Virus record (IMG/VR): IMGVR_UViG_3300032232_001021
Span: 1 to 29,478 of that record
DNA from: a virus
Lineage: Duplodnaviria; Caudoviricetes
Length of the DNA stretch: 29,478 nt
Direction: 5' to 3' (one strand)
This document shows, in pieces, positions 25,248 to 29,478 of the stretch. Under the pieces are notes generated by a model, which did no database searches, was not told the origin of the DNA, and was given only the letters and a program-made list of their open reading frames with translations. Position numbers and translations under genes: made by a program. The stretch's first letter is position 1; each line of letters begins with the position of its first letter.

Positions 25248-26056
25248 TGCATATTATTACAGAAAATCCAAGCGAAGCTTTAGAATTAGCAACTCAATAT
25301 GTGATTGAGCATGGTGAAGCAATATCTCCTCGTGGCATGGTCACGAGAGAACTTCTCAATGTCACTTTACAAGTAGAAAAGCCATGGAACATACCAGTGT
25401 CTATGGAAAATAGAAAACTTAACCACAATATTGGAATTAAAGAAGCTTTACAACTTGTTGGACAAGTTACTGATCCAGAAGCAATGACAGATACAAGTCA
25501 AGTCTTTGGAAAGTATATGGATAATGGAATTCTTCATGGAGCTTATGGTCCAAGAATTCACGGTAATCTCAACAAAGTTGTAGATCAATTAAAGAAAGAT
25601 TACTCTACCAGACAAGCAGTATTGACCATATTTGACTCAAATAAAGATCTAAACGTTGACGTGAAAGATGTTCCATGTACTCTAAACTTGCAATACTTCA
25701 TTCGAGACAATAAGTTAATTGCTAGAACAAACATGAGAAGTAATGACGTATTCTTAGGTCTTCCATATGATCTAACACAATTTATTGCCCTTCAAGGCGC
25801 AATTGCAAAGGCTTTAGATATAGAAATGGGCCAATACGTACATGTCGTCGGTAGTTTACATATTTATGATGAACATATTCCAAGTGCACAATGGATTAAA
25901 GCATATTTTAATGGATCATTCAAAGATTATGAACCAATGTGGACTGGAAATAGCATTGGTGAGATAAGTCATACAGCAAGATCTATTCTAAAAGGTAATA
26001 TTCCAAATACTTTGACTAGGTTTGAAAGATTTTTGTCAGGTAAAGTAAATGATTAA
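25247..26056 (+). CDS. Thymidylate synthase superfamily enzyme, probably a dCMP (hydroxy)methylase
   Basis: AYGPRI, TRQAV, VPCT (Cys144), MRSND, GLPYD (Asp175), GSLHIY. Confidence 0.88.
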   Translation: MHIITENPSEALELATQYVIEHGEAISPRGMVTRELLNVTLQVEKPWNIPVSMENRKLNHNIGIKEALQLVGQVTDPEAMTDTSQVFGKYMDNGILHGAYGPRIHGNLNKVVDQLKKDYSTRQAVLTIFDSNKDLNVDVKDVPCTLNLQYFIRDNKLIARTNMRSNDVFLGLPYDLTQFIALQGAIAKALDIEMGQYVHVVGSLHIYDEHIPSAQWIKAYFNGSFKDYEPMWTGNSIGEISHTARSILKGNIPNTLTRFERFLSGKVND

Positions 26057-26195
26057 AGAACCTATTGAAAGATGCGAATCTTGCGGTGTATGGACTTACT
26101 TATACCCAATAGATAAGCTTATGGGACATCCACATTTTTGCTCAGACTGTAAAAACAAACAGAAAGGAAAGCGCCGTGTTACCAAATCAAAGTGA
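26049..26195 (+). CDS. Zn-finger miniprotein (48 aa; not in ORF track)
   Basis: MIKEPIERCESCGVW...HFCSDCKNKQKGKRR; two CxxC; fills the gap. Confidence 0.6.
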   Translation: MIKEPIERCESCGVWTYLYPIDKLMGHPHFCSDCKNKQKGKRRVTKSK

Positions 26196-26529
26196 AGTAG
26201 TTAAAAGACTTAGCGAGCTTTCTCGTATGCTTGATGCTGCAACTGATGAAATTGCTGCGTTAGATGATAAGGCAGTTCGTGCAAAAGGATCTTATGAAGT
26301 TGCATATGCCAAATCTTTCCTAGAATCTAATGGTTCGATGGATGTGCGACGCCAAGAAGCAATTCTTGTTTCTGCTGATCTTAGATTGACGATGGAAATT
26401 GCAGAAGCACAAGTTAGGGCCATAAAAGAGCGTATAAACACACTTCGATCTCAAATATCTATAGGACAATCATTATCTGCCGCGATTAGACAACAATTTA
26501 GTGCTGAAGGCGTCGGGCAATACACATGA
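26176..26529 (+). CDS. Coiled-coil hypothetical protein
   Basis: 117 aa helical; GTG start with AAAGGA RBS. Confidence 0.7.
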   Translation: MLPNQSEVVKRLSELSRMLDAATDEIAALDDKAVRAKGSYEVAYAKSFLESNGSMDVRRQEAILVSADLRLTMEIAEAQVRAIKERINTLRSQISIGQSLSAAIRQQFSAEGVGQYT

Positions 26530-26792
26530 GAGCTAGAAGTAAGAAAATGACTAAGAAATATGTTGAGAGAAGAAAATTAGTAGTTTATATGCTAGATCTT
26601 CATCCAGTATGCCAAAGATGTAATGAAAAGGCCTCTGAAGAAGTGCACGAAGTTCTTAGTAGAGCTCGTGGTGGAGATATTTTAGACATTAACAATTGCA
26701 GAGCATTGTGTCACATGTGTCATTACTGGATTACAACAAATCCTGCAGAAGCGGTCAAGACTGGTTGGTTGAAGAATTCTTGGGATAAATGA
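26526..26792 (+). CDS. HNH endonuclease-like protein
   Basis: CQRC, EVHEVLSRARGG, NCRALCHMCH. Confidence 0.8.
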   Translation: MRARSKKMTKKYVERRKLVVYMLDLHPVCQRCNEKASEEVHEVLSRARGGDILDINNCRALCHMCHYWITTNPAEAVKTGWLKNSWDK

Positions 26793-26956
26793 TGCCGACT
26801 TATGACTACAAATGTGAAAAATGTGGAATTACAGTCGAAGTCAGTCACTCAGTATCGGATCACGGTCCTAGATGTGATTGTGGAGAGATTATGCAAAAGG
26901 TTTTTACCGCTATACCCGCTATTTTCAAAGGTGAAGGATGGGGAGGAAATAAATGA
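26792..26956 (+). CDS. FmdB-family zinc-ribbon protein (54 aa; not in ORF track)
   Basis: MPTYDYKCEKCG ... CDCGEIMQKVF ... IFKGEGWGG. Confidence 0.85.
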   Translation: MPTYDYKCEKCGITVEVSHSVSDHGPRCDCGEIMQKVFTAIPAIFKGEGWGGNK

Positions 26957-27291
26957 CTAACCTATCTAGAAAACGACGAGGTAGAGAGACTGAATTGATC
27001 TTTGCTGAATATCTTAAGCGTCAAGGTTGGATTTATGCAGAAGCTAGTAGTTCATCGGCAGCAGGAACGGATATAAAAGGAGTTATCGGAGTTGATTGGG
27101 AACTTAAAGCCAGAGCAGACTTTGATCCTAAATCAGCAATGAAACAACAAGCAAAAAGAATAAAAGAAGGCGTAATCCCCATCGCTGTGTTAAGACAGAA
27201 TGGACAAGGTGAAGCCGACATTGAGAATTGGCCAGCATGTGTTCCAGTAAGCATAATGATCCAATTACTCAAAGAAGCAGGTTATTTGTGA
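26953..27291 (+). CDS. Putative Holliday junction resolvase (PD-(D/E)XK)
   Basis: RKRRGRETE ... GTDI ... WELKAR. Confidence 0.7.
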   Translation: MTNLSRKRRGRETELIFAEYLKRQGWIYAEASSSSAAGTDIKGVIGVDWELKARADFDPKSAMKQQAKRIKEGVIPIAVLRQNGQGEADIENWPACVPVSIMIQLLKEAGYL

Positions 27292-27566
27292 CGATAAGAG
27301 ATTTAGAGTTCAAGGTAGAATCAGCCGCTTGGATGAAAGATGCTAATTGCACTGATCCAAGTATTGATCCTAATTGGTTTTTTCCAGATAGCGAACATCC
27401 AACCAATTTAGAACAAAGAGCGGCTTTAAGTATATGCCAAAATTGTCCAGTACAAATGAATTGTCTTGGATATGCAATAAAACATTGGCCAGTATATGGA
27501 GTTTGGGGTGGCATGAAAAATAAAGATATTAAAGACATAGTAAAACAACTAAAGGAGCAACAATGA
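27288..27566 (+). CDS. whiB: WhiB-family transcription factor
   Basis: WMKDANC, WFFP, CQNCPVQMNC, YGVWGG; likely GTG start at 27288 (GTGA overlap). Confidence 0.92.
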   Translation: MTIRDLEFKVESAAWMKDANCTDPSIDPNWFFPDSEHPTNLEQRAALSICQNCPVQMNCLGYAIKHWPVYGVWGGMKNKDIKDIVKQLKEQQ

Positions 27567-27961
27567 GTGCAGCAATCACAATAAAAGGTCGAATAGGTAA
27601 AGATATGGACATAAAGTTTACGCAAGCAGGTAAAGCTTATGTTCCATTCAGTGTCGTGTCCAATACACGAAAGAAAGTTAACGATGAATGGGTAGATGCA
27701 GATACAAGTTGGTGGGAATGCAAAGCCTTCGGAGGTTATGCTGAGGCTCTTGTAGATAACATCAAACGAGGCGATCTGGTAACCATTACAGGAACAATTA
27801 AGCAAACAACATGGATTGACAAAGACGGAAATAAACGCTCGTCATATGAGGTTCTGGTAGATACTATTGCAAAACAAATTATAGTGCAGAAGTATCACGG
27901 AACACCAAGAACAAAGAATCCAGATCCTGTAGCATGGGATCCTACTGAAGGAGTATTTTAA
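27563..27961 (+). CDS. ssb: Single-stranded DNA-binding protein
   Basis: ITIKGRIGKD, KFTQAGKA, W.DADTSWWEC, GDLVTITG, WIDKDGNKRS. Confidence 0.92.
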   Translation: MSAAITIKGRIGKDMDIKFTQAGKAYVPFSVVSNTRKKVNDEWVDADTSWWECKAFGGYAEALVDNIKRGDLVTITGTIKQTTWIDKDGNKRSSYEVLVDTIAKQIIVQKYHGTPRTKNPDPVAWDPTEGVF

Positions 27962-28422
27962 TGTCAGTTAAAGCAATGACCTACGTATGGGAAAACTCTC
28001 CCTACAATGGCAATGCTTTAATTGTCCATTTGGCATTGGCAGATCATTGCGATGATCAAGGCATTTGTTGGCCAAGTCAGCAATATTTGGCAGATAAATG
28101 CAAAATCAGTGTTAGGCAAATACGTAGAATCATCCATCAAATGATCTCTGATAACTATTTGTTTATAGAACAACACTCAAGAGCTGGCATTTCTAATAAT
28201 CGTTACAGATTGTTATACAAAAAGCCGCAGGTCACTGATGTCCTGTCCACGCAACATGACTACCCTGAAAGTCCTGCGGATGAGGTCACAGCTGTGGCCA
28301 GCGGTAGAGGTCAAGCTGGTGGCCACCCTAATCATCATATAACCATCAATAATCATCAGAGAAAAGGTCCACCAGAAGAAGTTAAATTGTTAATGGAAAG
28401 GCTAAGAAAGAAAAATGGATAA
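27961..28422 (+). CDS. HTH replication-initiator-like protein
   Basis: LALADHCDDQGICWPSQQYLADKCKISVRQIRRII ... NRYRL winged-HTH pattern. Confidence 0.8.
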   Translation: MSVKAMTYVWENSPYNGNALIVHLALADHCDDQGICWPSQQYLADKCKISVRQIRRIIHQMISDNYLFIEQHSRAGISNNRYRLLYKKPQVTDVLSTQHDYPESPADEVTAVASGRGQAGGHPNHHITINNHQRKGPPEEVKLLMERLRKKNG

Positions 28423-29029
28423 ATGCCTTAGTTGTCGTGGGGTAAGTGAGAAAGGTGCTTGTCCACATTGCAGAAAAAGATTAAAGAAAATGCTTAATGA
28501 GCTAATTGCCTTTATTGATCTTCTTATTGCAAGTCCTTCCCTAAGACAACAGGTATCTTCTAAGCAAGAAGGTAGAGGTTCATTATCAGATAGATCACCA
28601 ATCAATGTCCAGATTGTAGATCTTATTGCTAAGACAGGTGTTCAAAGTGTTCTACAATCGTGGTGTGAATATGTAGTAGAAACAAGAGAGTTAAATACTG
28701 ATTGCTTAAAGTCTACAAAAGAAACAAACAAACTACACATATTGCATCATGTATTAGATACTCATACTGATTGGTTAGCTGATAATGAACTATGGACTGA
28801 TTACTACAATGAGGTTAAAGAACCATGGACAACATTAAGACGTATTATTTATGGTGAGAGAAAACCACCTGAGGCAGTCAAATGCCCTGTACAAGATTGT
28901 GTTGGTACATTAAGATTAGAATCTAACGGTGATGTCCATTGTCTACATGATAACACACATCAATGGGTATATGAACAGTGGTCGAGGTTAGCCAAACTAA
29001 TGGTAGAAACCTCTGTACAATCACAGTGA
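28415..29029 (+). CDS. Hypothetical protein with terminal Cys motifs (possible late regulator)
   Basis: CLSC..CPHC at the N-terminus, CPVQDC..C..H at the C-terminus; last gene before the putative late promoter. Confidence 0.6.
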   Translation: MDKCLSCRGVSEKGACPHCRKRLKKMLNELIAFIDLLIASPSLRQQVSSKQEGRGSLSDRSPINVQIVDLIAKTGVQSVLQSWCEYVVETRELNTDCLKSTKETNKLHILHHVLDTHTDWLADNELWTDYYNEVKEPWTTLRRIIYGERKPPEAVKCPVQDCVGTLRLESNGDVHCLHDNTHQWVYEQWSRLAKLMVETSVQSQ

Positions 29030-29042
29030 TGTGATTTATAAT
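29014..29042 (+). promoter_or_regulatory. Putative late promoter with an inverted repeat in the spacer
   Basis: TGTACA (29014-29019)-17 nt-TATAAT (29037-29042); AATCACA-GTGA-TGTGATT (29019-29036). Confidence 0.65.
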
Positions 29043-29083
29043 ATGGATCACCGAGCTACAGCTATCTAACAAATCGGACGCTA

Positions 29084-29395
29084 ATGAATAAACCATGCTT
29101 AGATTGTGGTGTGTTAGCAAATAAACCTAGATGTCCTATCTGCAATAAGAAGTATCAGAAGTTTAAAGCAACCTCTCGTCCTTCACGTGCTGATAGGGGT
29201 TACGATGCAAATTGGAAAAGGTTATCAAAACAACTTAGATTGCTACAACCTTATTGCACTATTTGTAAAGCAACCAACGATTTGACTGTGGATCACGTAA
29301 TCCCTTTATCAGGTGGTGGTCTCACAGTTGAATCCAACCTTCAAGTCCTATGTCGAAGGTGCAACAGCAGCAAAGGCACTTCCAGTCCCGAATAA
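29084..29395 (+). CDS. HNH endonuclease (terminase-associated, HK97 gp74-like)
   Basis: RGYDANWKRL, CTIC, TVDHVIPLSGGG, NLQVLCRRCNSSKG. Confidence 0.9.
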   Translation: MNKPCLDCGVLANKPRCPICNKKYQKFKATSRPSRADRGYDANWKRLSKQLRLLQPYCTICKATNDLTVDHVIPLSGGGLTVESNLQVLCRRCNSSKGTSSPE

Positions 29396-29478
29396 CGATT
29401 TGTTACACTAAATCTCATAGAGGGCCAACGGGTGGTATGGTATGGCCTATAACTACATGCAAAAAGCGCGCTGGATAC

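Noticed and set aside
4820-26255. Other CTGATGA/TCATCAG matches (near 4825, 7869, 11107, 11274, 17724, 20994, 26243)
   Set aside because: All lie within coding sequence and I saw no matching GAAA core with three stems
1-29478. Impression that GATC/AGATCT sites are frequent
   Set aside because: Not counted; a Markov-corrected k-mer analysis is needed before linking it to DNA modification
29396-29478. Possible cos/packaging site after the HNH gene
   Set aside because: The position fits HK97-like phages, but the window ends here and no specific site can be identified

Overview
This window holds most of the genome of a small, AT-rich tailed phage with an HK97-type head and siphovirus-like tail. 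It runs from the portal gene to the HNH gene that usually precedes the terminases, which lie outside the window. WhiB, an Rpf-like transglycosylase and an FmdB-type Zn-ribbon point to an actinobacterial host (inference). Order: structural genes (1-11.8 kb), lysis plus a phosphoesterase/Ntn-peptidase block (12-15.1 kb), a divergent putative early region with repeated promoter/leader cassettes (15.1-18.6 kb), recombination genes, a six-kb-scale nucleotide-modification cluster (21.0-26.1 kb), then WhiB, SSB, replication initiator and HNH. No integrase, DNA polymerase, tRNA or CRISPR array was seen. Main highlights: (1) a complete type II hammerhead ribozyme on the minus strand in the leader of the DUF932 gene (16678-16732), with a competing hairpin over its core; (2) a base-hypermodification operon in which aGPT-Pplase1-like and PLP enzymes, known from thymidine hypermodification, sit beside a thymidylate-synthase homolog carrying the dCMP-specifying Asp, suggesting a possibly new cytosine modification; (3) a hairpin whose loop can pair with the RBS of a capsid-linked glycosyltransferase; (4) tandem tail-tube paralogs; (5) a repeated AACCGCCAGG leader motif. 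All family assignments come from motifs read by eye, not from database searches.
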